Below, piece by piece: positions 53,714 to 63,129 of a stretch of 64,000 nt of DNA; position 1 is the stretch's first letter; each line of letters starts with the position of its first letter. Source of the DNA: Clostridia bacterium (lineage in GTDB: Bacteria > Bacillota > Clostridia > Lachnospirales > JAOARL01); assembly GCA_025210555.1 (NCBI GenBank), contig JAOARL010000020.1, positions 5,265-69,264 on the forward strand, written 5' to 3'. The notes beneath the pieces were generated by a model. That model was not told the DNA's origin. It did no database searches and worked only from the letters and a program-made list of their open reading frames with translations. The position numbers and the translations under genes are program-made.

Positions 53714-55423
53714 ATGATAGGATTGTTTTTGAAAACAAAAAGAAGAGGAATAGATTATAGAGTAAGGTCTTTGAGAAAATTTGAAAAGGCTTTTTTTGAG
53801 TTGGGGCTAAAGTTAAATAGAAGAGTACCGCAAAAGTATAAAGGGCAATTTAGAGATTTTTATAGTAAACATATAATGGGATATGATGAGGTTAAATTCA
53901 AAGACGAAAAGTTTAAAGAAAGAATCCTATCAGATTTAAATTCAGTTGGAAAAAAGGTATTTAAAAGGGATTTACTAAATTTTGAAAAATTGAATTTGAA
54001 TTTAGATGAATATGAAATAGGGGATGAATTAAAATACTTTAAAAATCTTATTACTCTAAGTTTGGTAAGTGAGGAAGGTAGAGCCTTTGATTTAAATAAG
54101 CTTTCTAAAAATAGAGGAATTAAGAATATTGATTTTGAAAATATAAAAGGCCTTGATTTTACGTCAATTAATAATGGTTTGCAAAAAATTGTTTTAGATA
54201 AATGTGAAGGTGAAAATCTGGATATTTCAAAAAATGTATTTTTGCATATTGTTGATATAAGAAATTCAAAAATAAGAGACTTAAAAACAGAGGTCGAAAA
54301 TTTGGTTAAAAAGAACGATATAAATTTAAATATAAGTATTAATGATAATAATATGGGGTATTCAATAGAAGAGTTGGATGAGTTAAATAATAAAAATAGA
54401 CGTGGGATAATATTTGAAACACCAGTAGATGATAAAAAAATTGAATTTGAATCTAGTACATTAGTAGAGATGTTTGAAGCAAAAAATAAATTTAGTGAAG
54501 TTGGAAGATTAGCAGAGTTAGATTTGCGAGGTAAAAAGTTATCTAATAAAGAATTGAAATTGATAAACCGAGAAATTGAGGAATTTAGAATGTTAAATAC
54601 AATTCTAATAGATGAAGAGATATTGAATGAAATGAACGAAGAAACAACTTTTGGTAGAGTAAATATTAAGATGAGTAAAGAAGATATCTTAAAGAATAGA
54701 GACATAATTGAAAACTTAGGTGCAGTATTCACATTTGATAATGAAGGAGAATTAGAAAAATATGATTTTAATATGAAAAACGGTGGAGAAATACGTATTA
54801 AAAATCCGCGAATAATTACAGAAGGTTTTGCTAATTTAAACTTAAATAACGATTTTGTTGCTAAGATAGAAGAAATTGAAGAGGAATATGTTAAAGAAGG
54901 AATGACAGTTGAAGAAAAAATTGCAGCTATAATAAAAGGTATAACAGACAACACTTCATATAATAGAGAAGAGTTGGCTCTTAGGATGACTACAGGAGAT
55001 AAATATTTAGATCCTAACGTGCATAATCCGTATGGATTGATAATAAGCAATGGAATTGTATGTAGTGGTGTTTCTAAATTATTTAATTTAATGTGTGAGA
55101 GGCAAGGATATGAGGCTGAATATATTTCTCACGATAGCCTTAAGGCAATTGGACATGCAACAAGTGAAGTTATAATAGATGGTAGAGTTAAGAGGTTTGA
55201 TATATCAAGAGAATTAGAAGTTGAAGAGGATGAAAGCTTAGGGAAATATTCTTTTGTAGACGCAGAAGAACCAGAGAGAGATGTTGATAAGCACAATGAT
55301 GAAGTTGCAAAGTTGTTTATGGCAGTAGAAGACTATATAAAAGATAAAGATGAGAAAAAAGAAGAGTTTGAAATAAAAACTGATGAAAAAGGAAAAAAGA
55401 TAGAACAAGGAGTAGGCGATTAA
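53714..55423 (+). CDS. cytoplasmic protein with LRR-like N-terminal half and transglutaminase-like (Cys-His-Asp) C-terminal domain
   Basis: 569 aa; SD GGAGGAG; repeated LxxLxLxxN-like segments (residues ~90-200); [25 protein letters not shown]...[19 protein letters not shown] fits the transglutaminase-core pattern. Confidence 0.5.
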   Translation: MIGLFLKTKRRGIDYRVRSLRKFEKAFFELGLKLNRRVPQKYKGQFRDFYSKHIMGYDEVKFKDEKFKERILSDLNSVGKKVFKRDLLNFEKLNLNLDEYEIGDELKYFKNLITLSLVSEEGRAFDLNKLSKNRGIKNIDFENIKGLDFTSINNGLQKIVLDKCEGENLDISKNVFLHIVDIRNSKIRDLKTEVENLVKKNDINLNISINDNNMGYSIEELDELNNKNRRGIIFETPVDDKKIEFESSTLVEMFEAKNKFSEVGRLAELDLRGKKLSNKELKLINREIEEFRMLNTILIDEEILNEMNEETTFGRVNIKMSKEDILKNRDIIENLGAVFTFDNEGELEKYDFNMKNGGEIRIKNPRIITEGFANLNLNNDFVAKIEEIEEEYVKEGMTVEEKIAAIIKGITDNTSYNREELALRMTTGDKYLDPNVHNPYGLIISNGIVCSGVSKLFNLMCERQGYEAEYISHDSLKAIGHATSEVIIDGRVKRFDISRELEVEEDESLGKYSFVDAEEPERDVDKHNDEVAKLFMAVEDYIKDKDEKKEEFEIKTDEKGKKIEQGVGD

Positions 55424-55439
55424 TTTGCCTACTTTTTTT
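55410..55439 (+). terminator. intrinsic terminator
   Basis: agtaggc-N9-gcctact plus T7; overlaps the track start 55425 of the next ORF, supporting the later start. Confidence 0.7.
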
Positions 55440-55475
55440 ATTGGGAGTAAAATGAAAGTAGAGAGGAGTGATATT

Positions 55476-56234
55476 ATGATTGAGTATTTAGGAGTTATAC
55501 TTATTTATTTTACTTTAATATACTTACTCGGATTAAAACTTAAAAACAACGGAATAGTAGATATATTCTGGGGATTAGGGTTTATAGTAACAACATCATG
55601 GCTAATATTAATGCATGGGATAAATAATATAGCAGTTAATTTTATTTACCCAATAATACTTATATGGGGATTGAGATTATCTATAAGGATATATTTAAGA
55701 AATAGAAATAAACCTGAAGATTTTAGATATGCAAATTGGAGAGAAGAATGGGGAATATATGTTAACTTAAGATCATTTTTTCAAATATATATGTTGCAAG
55801 GCTTTGTTATGTTTATTTTGATGATACCTATATATTTTATAGTTGTAAGTAAATCGACAGTTAATATAAGTATTATGCTGTTAGGGCTTGCAGTATGGCT
55901 TTTAGGATTTGATTTTGAAGTAATAGGGGATTATCAACTTGATTACTTTAAAAGGGATAAAAATAATAAAGGTAAAATAATGGACTACGGACTGTGGAAA
56001 TATACAAGACATCCAAATTATTTCGGAGAAGCGACTATGTGGTGGGGAATATTTATAATTTCATATGCAGCTACAGAAAATGTATATGGTATAATTAGTC
56101 CAATGTTAATAACATATTTACTTTTATATGTATCAGGTGTTCCTATGCTTGAAAAGAGATATGAGGGAAATAAAGAATTTGAAGAGTATAAAAAGCATAC
56201 CAATAAGTTTATACCATGGTTTAGAAAGAAGTAG
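55476..56234 (+). CDS. DUF1295 / steroid-5-alpha-reductase-like membrane protein
   Basis: Start moved to ATG 55476 (GAGAGGAG upstream); multi-[14 protein letters not shown] motif. Confidence 0.7.
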   Translation: MIEYLGVILIYFTLIYLLGLKLKNNGIVDIFWGLGFIVTTSWLILMHGINNIAVNFIYPIILIWGLRLSIRIYLRNRNKPEDFRYANWREEWGIYVNLRSFFQIYMLQGFVMFILMIPIYFIVVSKSTVNISIMLLGLAVWLLGFDFEVIGDYQLDYFKRDKNNKGKIMDYGLWKYTRHPNYFGEATMWWGIFIISYAATENVYGIISPMLITYLLLYVSGVPMLEKRYEGNKEFEEYKKHTNKFIPWFRKK

Positions 56235-56242
56235 GTGAAAAT

Positions 56243-57157
56243 ATGGACTTAGTACTTAGAGATAAAGTGAAAATTGGAATTAGTATGTGCTGCTATGGTG
56301 CAAAAGTTAGATATAATAGCAAAGGATGGAACTTGGTAGAAAATTTAGGTAGGGAAAAATCCAATTTTATATGGTATCCAGTTTGCCCAGAGTGTATGGC
56401 TGGTTTAGGAGTTCCAAGAAATCCTATAAAAATAGTCGGCAAGAGTGGAATGGAAGCCATTGAAGGCACTGCAAAAGTTAAATCTTCAGGTGGAGAAAAC
56501 GTAACAGAAAAGTTGGTTAATGCTTCAAAAGTTTGTCTAGATACACTTAAATCTGCAGGAGTATACATATACATATATAAAGAGGGAAGTCCTAGTTGCG
56601 GTGTTTATAGAACAACACTTAAGAATAAAAGGTTAGGAAAACCACCAGGAGTTTTTGGTGCAATGCTTTTGAAGGAAGACTTTTTATTAATATCAGCAGA
56701 TGATCTTGAGAGTCCGATTAAGCGCTGGGATATTAGACGTAGAATACATGCGTATGTATGGGTTAAGGAGTATCAAATTAATAGTAAGTCAGAACTTTAT
56801 GATTTATTCCATTCTGTAAAATTTTTAGTTCAAGAAATAGATGAAGTAGCTGCGAGGAAAATTGGTAGAGAAATTGCCAATGCTGGAAAAATTGATAGTG
56901 AATATGTGGAAAAATTCAAGAAAGAAGTTTTGAATATTATAAGAAAACCTTCAGAACTAAAAAAGATAAAAGGATGGATGTTTAAAAATTATAGTTATTA
57001 TAGAAAAAGAGGGCTTATTAATTATGAGATTAAGATGGAGCCTAGAGCAATTTCAGGTAGTACAAAATTGGCAAATGAAATTATGAAGGTTGAGAAAGAA
57101 CTCTTTAAAGCTGGTTATAGTTTTGGATCTTCGCCAATTTTATATAGAGGGAGATAA
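56243..57157 (+). CDS. DUF523 plus DUF1722 fusion protein (YbgA/YbbK-like)
   Basis: 304 aa; N-terminal KIGISMCCYGAKVRYNSKGW and CPECMAGLGVPR (DUF523), helical C-terminal half; directly upstream of photolyase, as E. coli ybgA-phr. Confidence 0.65.
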   Translation: MDLVLRDKVKIGISMCCYGAKVRYNSKGWNLVENLGREKSNFIWYPVCPECMAGLGVPRNPIKIVGKSGMEAIEGTAKVKSSGGENVTEKLVNASKVCLDTLKSAGVYIYIYKEGSPSCGVYRTTLKNKRLGKPPGVFGAMLLKEDFLLISADDLESPIKRWDIRRRIHAYVWVKEYQINSKSELYDLFHSVKFLVQEIDEVAARKIGREIANAGKIDSEYVEKFKKEVLNIIRKPSELKKIKGWMFKNYSYYRKRGLINYEIKMEPRAISGSTKLANEIMKVEKELFKAGYSFGSSPILYRGR

Positions 57158-57161
57158 TGGT

Positions 57162-58349
57162 ATGATTTATATATGGTTTAGAAAAGATTTGAGAATAGAA
57201 GATAATAAAGCATTATATATGGCTGAAAAAACAGGACAAGAATTGAAATACATATATATAATGGACAAGAATGTGCTATTTGATGAAAATCCAAGAAGAA
57301 AAAAATTTATATTAGATAGAGTGAAAGGGCTTGATGATAAATTAGATGGTAAGCTAATTATAGAAGAAGGAAATCCAATAGATATTTTTAGAAGATTTAA
57401 GAAGCTAGAAGAATTTGAAATATACTTTAATAGGAATTATGAACCTTATGAAATTGAAAGAGATAAAATGGTTGCTGCCGAGTTTGAAACTCATTCTTTT
57501 AAAGATTTTGTTTTACATGAAAGAGATGAAATACTAAAGAGTGATGGAAATCCTTATAAAGTGTTTACAGCATATTACAATAAATGGAAAGAGAAAGACA
57601 AAGATATTGAATATGGAGTAAGTAAAAATGCCATATTGGATGATTTCATAGAAAATGGAGTAATTAAATATGAAACTACTAGAGATTATCCAAACCTTGA
57701 TTCAACATCTAAGTTATCAGCCTATATAAACTGTGGTGCAGTTTCAATAAGAGCAGTTTATTATAGAGCTTATGAAAAGTATTTAGACACAAAAAATGAA
57801 GAAATACTAACTTTTATAAAGCAATTAGCATGGAGGGATTTCTTTATACAGATAATGTATCATTATCCAAGAGCTGAGAAAGAAGCTTTTATAACAAAAT
57901 ATAAGAATATTAAATGGGAAAATGATATGAGTAAGATAGAGGCGTGGAAAAAAGGTGAAACTGGTTTTGATTTTGTAGATGCAGGAATGAAAGAATTAAA
58001 TCAAACTGGTTATATGCACAATAGACTTAGAATGTTGGTTGCTAGTTTTTTAGTTAAAAATTTAAATGTTGACTGGAGAATAGGAGAAGCTTATTTTAGA
58101 GAAAAACTTATAGATTATGATTTGGCACTTAATAATGGAGGATGGCAATGGTCAGCTTCTACAGGTGTAGACAGCGTGCCTTATTTTAGAATATTTAATC
58201 CTAAAAGGCAGCAAGAAAGATTTGATAAAGATAAAGGATATATAAATAAATATTTAAAAAATAATTTTACAAATGGAGAAATTGTAGATTATAATGAAAC
58301 TAGAGATAATTATAAAAACAAGATTAAGAGTATGGGGGAAGAGAAATGA
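57162..58349 (+). CDS. phr: deoxyribodipyrimidine photolyase (short class I-like)
   Basis: Start moved to ATG 57162 (GGGAGA upstream); IYIWFRKDLRIEDNKAL, WRDFF, TGYMHNRLRMLVASFLVKNL, NNGGWQWSASTGVDSVPYFRIFNP. Confidence 0.85.
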   Translation: MIYIWFRKDLRIEDNKALYMAEKTGQELKYIYIMDKNVLFDENPRRKKFILDRVKGLDDKLDGKLIIEEGNPIDIFRRFKKLEEFEIYFNRNYEPYEIERDKMVAAEFETHSFKDFVLHERDEILKSDGNPYKVFTAYYNKWKEKDKDIEYGVSKNAILDDFIENGVIKYETTRDYPNLDSTSKLSAYINCGAVSIRAVYYRAYEKYLDTKNEEILTFIKQLAWRDFFIQIMYHYPRAEKEAFITKYKNIKWENDMSKIEAWKKGETGFDFVDAGMKELNQTGYMHNRLRMLVASFLVKNLNVDWRIGEAYFREKLIDYDLALNNGGWQWSASTGVDSVPYFRIFNPKRQQERFDKDKGYINKYLKNNFTNGEIVDYNETRDNYKNKIKSMGEEK

Positions 58350-58468
58350 AAAAACATGGATTTTTAGATTTGTTATTATGGGTACTTGCTATAGTAGGAC
58401 TTGCATATTATGTTGACTATTTAGTGGATGAAAGCGTTAAAGAAGCGCTTGAGGAAGTAAATAAATAG
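58346..58468 (+). CDS. possible 40-aa single-TM peptide
   Basis: Not in track. ATGA overlap with phr stop; MKKHGFLDLLLWVLAIVGLAYYVDYLVDESVKEALEEVNK; fills the gap to the next gene. Confidence 0.35.
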   Translation: MKKHGFLDLLLWVLAIVGLAYYVDYLVDESVKEALEEVNK

Positions 58469-58477
58469 GAGGACAAA

Positions 58478-59059
58478 ATGAAAATATATTTAATAAGACA
58501 TGGCCAAACAACTGGTGATGTTGAAGGTCGTTTTGGTGGAGATTATGATGATGAACTAACAAGATTAGGGATAGATCAAGCCAATGAATTAGTTAGCAAG
58601 TTGCAAGATAAAGAAATAAAAGCATTATACCATAGTCCTAAAATAAGAGCAGTTCAGACTGTAAATATAATTAGGAAAGGAATTAAAGCAGAGGCCATAG
58701 AGATTGAAAACTTGAGAGAAAGAAATGGTTATGGAGTTTTAACAGGTTTAACAGTTGAGGAGGCTAAACTTAAATACCCAGAGGAACTTATTAAATTTAA
58801 GGAGTTAGGTTATAAGTATCATATATTGGAGTCAGAAGATAATAGTGATTTTGTTAAAAGGGTATCTGAGGTTATGGAATTTGTTGAAAATGTTAATGAA
58901 AATATCGCAATTGTAACTCATGGTGGAGTAATAAGAACTTTTTGCAGATTGCTAGACTTAGGAGAAATATCAAAATTAAGCGATTGTGCAATAATAGAGT
59001 TTGAAAAAAATGAAGAAGATTTAAAAGTTAAAAGTTTAGATGGAGTTAAGTTTGAGTAA
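58478..59059 (+). CDS. histidine phosphatase family protein (phosphoglycerate-mutase-like)
   Basis: 193 aa; SD AGGAGG; LIRHGQT catalytic motif, VTHGG. Confidence 0.8.
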   Translation: MKIYLIRHGQTTGDVEGRFGGDYDDELTRLGIDQANELVSKLQDKEIKALYHSPKIRAVQTVNIIRKGIKAEAIEIENLRERNGYGVLTGLTVEEAKLKYPEELIKFKELGYKYHILESEDNSDFVKRVSEVMEFVENVNENIAIVTHGGVIRTFCRLLDLGEISKLSDCAIIEFEKNEEDLKVKSLDGVKFE

Positions 59060-59073
59060 GTAATATATATAAG

Positions 59074-59100
59074 GGACCTTTGGTTAAAAGGTCTTTTTTA
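59074..59100 (+). terminator. intrinsic terminator
   Basis: gaccttt-ggtta-aaaggtc plus T-run. Confidence 0.75.
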
Positions 59101-59102
59101 TT

Positions 59103-59134
59103 TTCACATATTTTTCACACAAGTTTGGTATAAT
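59103..59134 (+). promoter_or_regulatory. two direct TTCACA(T/C)A boxes 11 bp apart abutting a TATAAT -10
   Basis: ttcacata 59103-59110, ttcacaca 59114-59121, TATAAT 59129-59134; box-to-(-10) spacing too short or too long for a -35, so more like an OmpR/PhoB-type activator site. Confidence 0.45.
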
Positions 59135-59166
59135 ATATAAATAAGATAGGAAAGAAGGTGGTTTAA

Positions 59167-59844
59167 ATGAAGCATATATTTGTTGTAGATGATGAGAAAA
59201 ATATTAGAGATTTAATAGAGAAATACTTGGTCAAAGAAGGATATAAAGTAACTACATTTTTTGATGGAAATACAGTTGCTGGAGAAATACCTAGACTTAA
59301 ACCAGATCTTATAGTACTTGATATAATGATGCCGGGAATAGATGGGCTAGAGTTATGCAAAAATATAAGAAAAGAAACAGATATACCTATTATATTTGTT
59401 TCAGCAAAAGATGAAGAAATAGATAGGATTTTAGGTTTAGAATTAGGTGCAGATGACTATTTATCAAAACCGTTTAGCCCAAGAGAATTAGTGGTTAGAA
59501 TAAGAAATATATTTAAGCGACTAGATAAAGTTAATAGTGGGGATGATAAAGTTATAGATATAAAAGACCTTAAACTTTATCAAAGCAGAAGATATCTTGA
59601 AAAAGATGGAGAAGTAATAAATTTAACCACTAAAGAATACGAACTGATGGAATATTTAATGGTTAATAAGAATATGCCATTTACTAGAGAGAAACTTATT
59701 GATGAGATATGGGGATATGACTTTTTTGGAGAAACAAGAGTAATTGATGATTTAGTTAAGAGACTTAGAAAAAAATTAAAAGAACATAAGTCAGAAGTTG
59801 AAATATCAACTGTTTGGGGTTATGGATATAGGGTTGATGGTTAA
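59167..59844 (+). CDS. OmpR-family response regulator
   Basis: 225 aa; VVDDEKNIRDLI, DLIVLDIMMPGIDG, GADDYLSKPFSPREL; wHTH C-terminus (VWGYGYRV). Confidence 0.85.
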   Translation: MKHIFVVDDEKNIRDLIEKYLVKEGYKVTTFFDGNTVAGEIPRLKPDLIVLDIMMPGIDGLELCKNIRKETDIPIIFVSAKDEEIDRILGLELGADDYLSKPFSPRELVVRIRNIFKRLDKVNSGDDKVIDIKDLKLYQSRRYLEKDGEVINLTTKEYELMEYLMVNKNMPFTREKLIDEIWGYDFFGETRVIDDLVKRLRKKLKEHKSEVEISTVWGYGYRVDG

Positions 59845-61154
59845 TGAAAAAGATAGGTACTAAAATATTTTTAAGTTATATCTCAATAATAGTAATAATA
59901 TTTCTTTTAACAACTGGACTATTTAATATATTTTCAGATATATATTTGAAAAAAGAAGTTAATGCACAATTACAAAAAGATATAAAAGTTATATCTAGCA
60001 ATATTGATAGAATAGAAAAGCTTTCTAGTTTAACTAATCTTAAGAACTTAGATGTTAGAAGAAATTTTGGATTTTTAGGTAGGATAATAAAATCGGAGTT
60101 AGTAGTTCTTGATAGAAATGGAAAGATGTTATACTCAGATTTTGATGTTAAACCTGCGGATAGAAAACAGCTTAATGTTGATAAGTTATTTGAAAATCAC
60201 ATATATGAGAAGATTAAGTTAGAAAGTGGATTTACAGTATATTTGGGAGCTCCAAATAGTGAGTTTGAAAAGTTCAATAATATACTATTTATGGTACAAG
60301 GTATAAGTATACTTATAAGTTCAGGAATTGTTATAATAATAGCTAAATATATGCAAAGTGTATTAGTTAAACCACTTAAAGAACTTAAAAATAAGATGGA
60401 AAATTATGAAATAGATAGAACATATGAAAATGATATATTAACAGGTGATGAGATTGAGATACTTGATAAAACTTTTGTAAATATGTCAGATAGAATAAAT
60501 GTATATAACAAGCAAAGAAAGATGGCCTTTCAGAATGCATCGCATGAACTAAAGACACCACTTATGTCTATACAAGGATATGCAGAGGCTATAAAGGATG
60601 GAATAGTTGAAGGTGATGAACTAACAAACAGTTTAGATATTATTATTAAAGAATCTCAAAGACTTAAGGGAACTGTAGATACAGTTATTCTTATAAATAA
60701 ATTAGAGGATAATATAGAAACATTTAATTATGAAAAAGTTGATTTATCTAATTTAATATTAGATTCGATAGCAGCAGTAGGATACTTGGCTAAAGAAAAA
60801 AATGTAGACATTGAATTTGATGCTAATGTAGAGCATATAGGTGATTATGATGCAGATAAGATAATAAGAGCATTCATTAATATTTTAAGCAATGGAATAA
60901 GATATGCAAATAGTAAAATCAAAATAGATATATTTGAAAAAGAAAACAGTTTAGAAATTCTGATTAAAGATGATGGTAAGGGAATAGATAATCCTGATAG
61001 AGTGTTTGAAAGATTTTACAAAGGTGAAGATGGTAATACAGGATTAGGGCTAGCTATAACTAAGATAATTATAGAGGGACATAATGGTGGTATATCAGCA
61101 TATAACTCTAAAGATGGCGGAGCTGTATTTAATATAACCCTTTCAAAAAATTGA
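59844..61154 (+). CDS. sensor histidine kinase
   Basis: 436 aa; two TM helices, H-box FQNASHELKTPL, N/G boxes (NGIRYA, DDGKGI, GLGLAITK). Confidence 0.85.
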   Translation: MKKIGTKIFLSYISIIVIIFLLTTGLFNIFSDIYLKKEVNAQLQKDIKVISSNIDRIEKLSSLTNLKNLDVRRNFGFLGRIIKSELVVLDRNGKMLYSDFDVKPADRKQLNVDKLFENHIYEKIKLESGFTVYLGAPNSEFEKFNNILFMVQGISILISSGIVIIIAKYMQSVLVKPLKELKNKMENYEIDRTYENDILTGDEIEILDKTFVNMSDRINVYNKQRKMAFQNASHELKTPLMSIQGYAEAIKDGIVEGDELTNSLDIIIKESQRLKGTVDTVILINKLEDNIETFNYEKVDLSNLILDSIAAVGYLAKEKNVDIEFDANVEHIGDYDADKIIRAFINILSNGIRYANSKIKIDIFEKENSLEILIKDDGKGIDNPDRVFERFYKGEDGNTGLGLAITKIIIEGHNGGISAYNSKDGGAVFNITLSKN

Positions 61155-61186
61155 CAAAAAAACACTTGTGTATTACAATGTAATAC
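61151..61186 (+). promoter_or_regulatory. relBE promoter (TTGACA-17-TACAAT) overlapped by inverted repeat gtattac-N3-gtaatac
   Basis: TTGACA 61151-61156, TACAAT 61174-61179, IR 61170-61186: a typical autoregulatory operator layout. Confidence 0.55.
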
Positions 61187-61203
61187 AAGAGGAGGTGTTT
61201 GAT

Positions 61204-61413
61204 ATGTCTATTTCAATGAGACTAAAAGAAGAAGACGAATTACTTATTAAAAAATTTGCAAAAATGAATAATGTTTCTGTTTCTGAGCTAATAAGAAAAG
61301 CTGTAATGGAAATGATTGAAAATGAAATTGATATAAAAGCATTTAATAAAGCTGTAGCTGAAACTAAGGGAACGTACACGATTGATGAAGTTAAAAAGGA
61401 ATTAGGAATTTGA
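61204..61413 (+). CDS. ribbon-helix-helix antitoxin (RelB/DUF6290-like)
   Basis: Start moved to ATG 61204 (AGAGGAGG upstream); MSISMRLKEEDELLIKKFAKMNNVSVSELIRKAV. Confidence 0.7.
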   Translation: MSISMRLKEEDELLIKKFAKMNNVSVSELIRKAVMEMIENEIDIKAFNKAVAETKGTYTIDEVKKELGI

Positions 61414-61691
61414 AAAAACACTGGAAGATAAAATTTTCAGATGTTGCATTAAAATCTCTGAAAAAAATGGATAAGTTTACAGCAGCTATGATATTAGGGT
61501 ATATTGAAAAAAATTTAGGTGGATACATAGATCCAAGATCTATTGGTAAACCACTTGTAGGTAATCATAAGGATAAATGGAGATATAGAATTGGAAAGTG
61601 TAGGATTTTATGTCAAATAAAAGATGATGTAGTCACTATATATGTAGTTCAAATCGGTCATAGGAAAGATATATATAAATATGATAAGTAA
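61410..61691 (+). CDS. RelE/ParE family toxin
   Basis: 93 aa; TTG start overlapping antitoxin stop; WKIKFSDVALKSLKKMD...WRYRIGKCRILCQIKDDVVTIYVVQIGHRKDIY. Confidence 0.75.
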   Translation: MKKHWKIKFSDVALKSLKKMDKFTAAMILGYIEKNLGGYIDPRSIGKPLVGNHKDKWRYRIGKCRILCQIKDDVVTIYVVQIGHRKDIYKYDK

Positions 61692-61717
61692 AAAGCGCTA
61701 AAGATTTAGCGCTTTTT
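61691..61717. terminator. bidirectional intrinsic terminator between convergent genes
   Basis: aaaagcgctaa-agat-ttagcgctttt, with A-run and T-run on either side. Confidence 0.8.
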
Positions 61718-62914
61718 ATTTGTTTTATTATAATGAAAGATTGTTTCCTGTGGTTTTCTTCTTTTCTTTTTAGGTTCATTTGTAAAATCTATTAATTCAT
61801 TACCTTTTAACATTTTTTCAATTACAGTTATATTTAGTTGTTTATTTATATTTTTAATAAAAGATCTTTCTTTTGTTGTTACTAAAGAAATAGTAGTTCC
61901 TTTGTTATTACCTCTAGCTGTTCTTCCAGCTCTATGCAAATATTCGTTATTATCTTTTGGAAGATCTAAGTTAAATATATGCGTAACACCTTTTATATCC
62001 AGTCCTCTTGCAGATAAATCAGAAGATATTAATATATTAGTTTTACCAGTTCTAAAATCTGTTAATATTTTCTTTCTATCTTCTTTCGTAGCACTACCAT
62101 ATATAAATCCAACTTGTAAGTTGTGCTTTCTAAGTATTTCAGCAACCTTTTTAATTTGAACATTGTTATTTAAGAATACGATAGACTTAGTTGGTTTTAA
62201 GTTATAAAGTAATTTTCTAAGAGTAAACACTTTATCCCTTTCATCAACAGTAAGGTACATATGTTTTATATTTTTATTAACTTTATTCTCTTCTAAAAGT
62301 ATTAAAGTTGGGCTTTTCATAAGTTCTGTTGCAGTTTTTATAGCTGCATCAGTAATAGAAGCTGAGAAGAAAACAAGCTGTCTTTCTTTAAGTGTTGTTT
62401 TAATAATACTCTTAATTATTTCAATCTTTCTAACATTAAGAAGTTTATCAGCCTCATCTATTATTATTGTTTTAACATTATGAGCTTTTAGCTTCTTTTT
62501 GTTAATAAGATCTAAAACTCTTCCTTCTGTACCTACAATGATATGAGGTTTGTTCTTTTTTAACTTTTCAATTTGTCTATCAATGTTAACTTCTCCTATA
62601 GCAGTCATCGCAGTGATTTCAACTTCAGAGTTTTTAGATAATGTTAATACCTCATTATATATTTGCATAACAAGTTCATGGGTAGGAGCTAAGATTATTG
62701 CTTGTGATTCTCTTTTTGTAGAATCAATCTTCTCGAAAAGAGGAAGTAGATAAGCCAATGTTTTACCACTACCAGTAACTGATTTTGCAATTACATCTTC
62801 ATTATTTAATTGTGCACCTATCGATTTTTCTTGTATAAGCATAGGTGTAGTTATATTTTCTTTTGATAAACCTGATATTAGGTTTTCACTTATATTTAGT
62901 TCTTTAAAAGTCAT
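61706..62914 (-). CDS. DEAD-box ATP-dependent RNA helicase
   Basis: 402 aa; SVTGSGKTLAY, PTHELV, DEAD, SAS, HRAGRTAR motifs; basic C-terminal tail. Confidence 0.9.
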   Translation of the reverse strand: MTFKELNISENLISGLSKENITTPMLIQEKSIGAQLNNEDVIAKSVTGSGKTLAYLLPLFEKIDSTKRESQAIILAPTHELVMQIYNEVLTLSKNSEVEITAMTAIGEVNIDRQIEKLKKNKPHIIVGTEGRVLDLINKKKLKAHNVKTIIIDEADKLLNVRKIEIIKSIIKTTLKERQLVFFSASITDAAIKTATELMKSPTLILLEENKVNKNIKHMYLTVDERDKVFTLRKLLYNLKPTKSIVFLNNNVQIKKVAEILRKHNLQVGFIYGSATKEDRKKILTDFRTGKTNILISSDLSARGLDIKGVTHIFNLDLPKDNNEYLHRAGRTARGNNKGTTISLVTTKERSFIKNINKQLNITVIEKMLKGNELIDFTNEPKKKRRKPQETIFHYNKTNKKR

Positions 62915-62980
62915 TATATATCCTTTCTAAAATATATTTATAATCATCTAATAGTATATAGTTTAAAGGTTTTTGTCAAC

Positions 62981-63057
62981 TCTTACAAAATTTACATATA
63001 TCAAACAATGTTTTCACATAGTGTGGTTGTAGAATTAACTTGTAATTAAAATTACAA
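62981..63057 (+). repeat. 77-bp promoter-like unit, copy A
   Basis: About 80% identical to 63130-63206; contains ttcacata 63033-63040, TAGAAT 63050-63055 and palindrome cttgtaat-taaa-attacaa. Confidence 0.7.
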
Positions 63058-63129
63058 ATTTAAAAGTAAGGGGTTGATGAATGAAGAGATTTTTAGGTGT
63101 AAGATGCAAAATTAAGACAAATATTTAAT

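Noticed and set aside
53860-55050. 396-aa ORF on the minus strand, the longest antisense ORF in the track
   Set aside because: It lies entirely antisense to the 569-aa + strand gene. Its translation is low-complexity S/F/L/I/N-rich, as expected from reading a K/E/N-rich AT-rich gene backwards. No SD or promoter is visible, and the + strand gene has SD, terminators and motifs.
59103-59121. Reading the TTCACA boxes simply as -35 hexamers (one mismatch from TTGACA)
   Set aside because: The spacers to the TATAAT would be 9 or 20 nt here, and 11 nt in the 63 kb copies, outside the 16-18 nt range. The boxes are better explained as activator sites replacing the -35.
62981-62996. cttacaaaatttaca in repeat copy A as a possible WalR box
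   Set aside because: The half-sites are only 3 nt apart and the first starts with C, which is not D. It does not fit TGTWAH-N5-TGTWAH.
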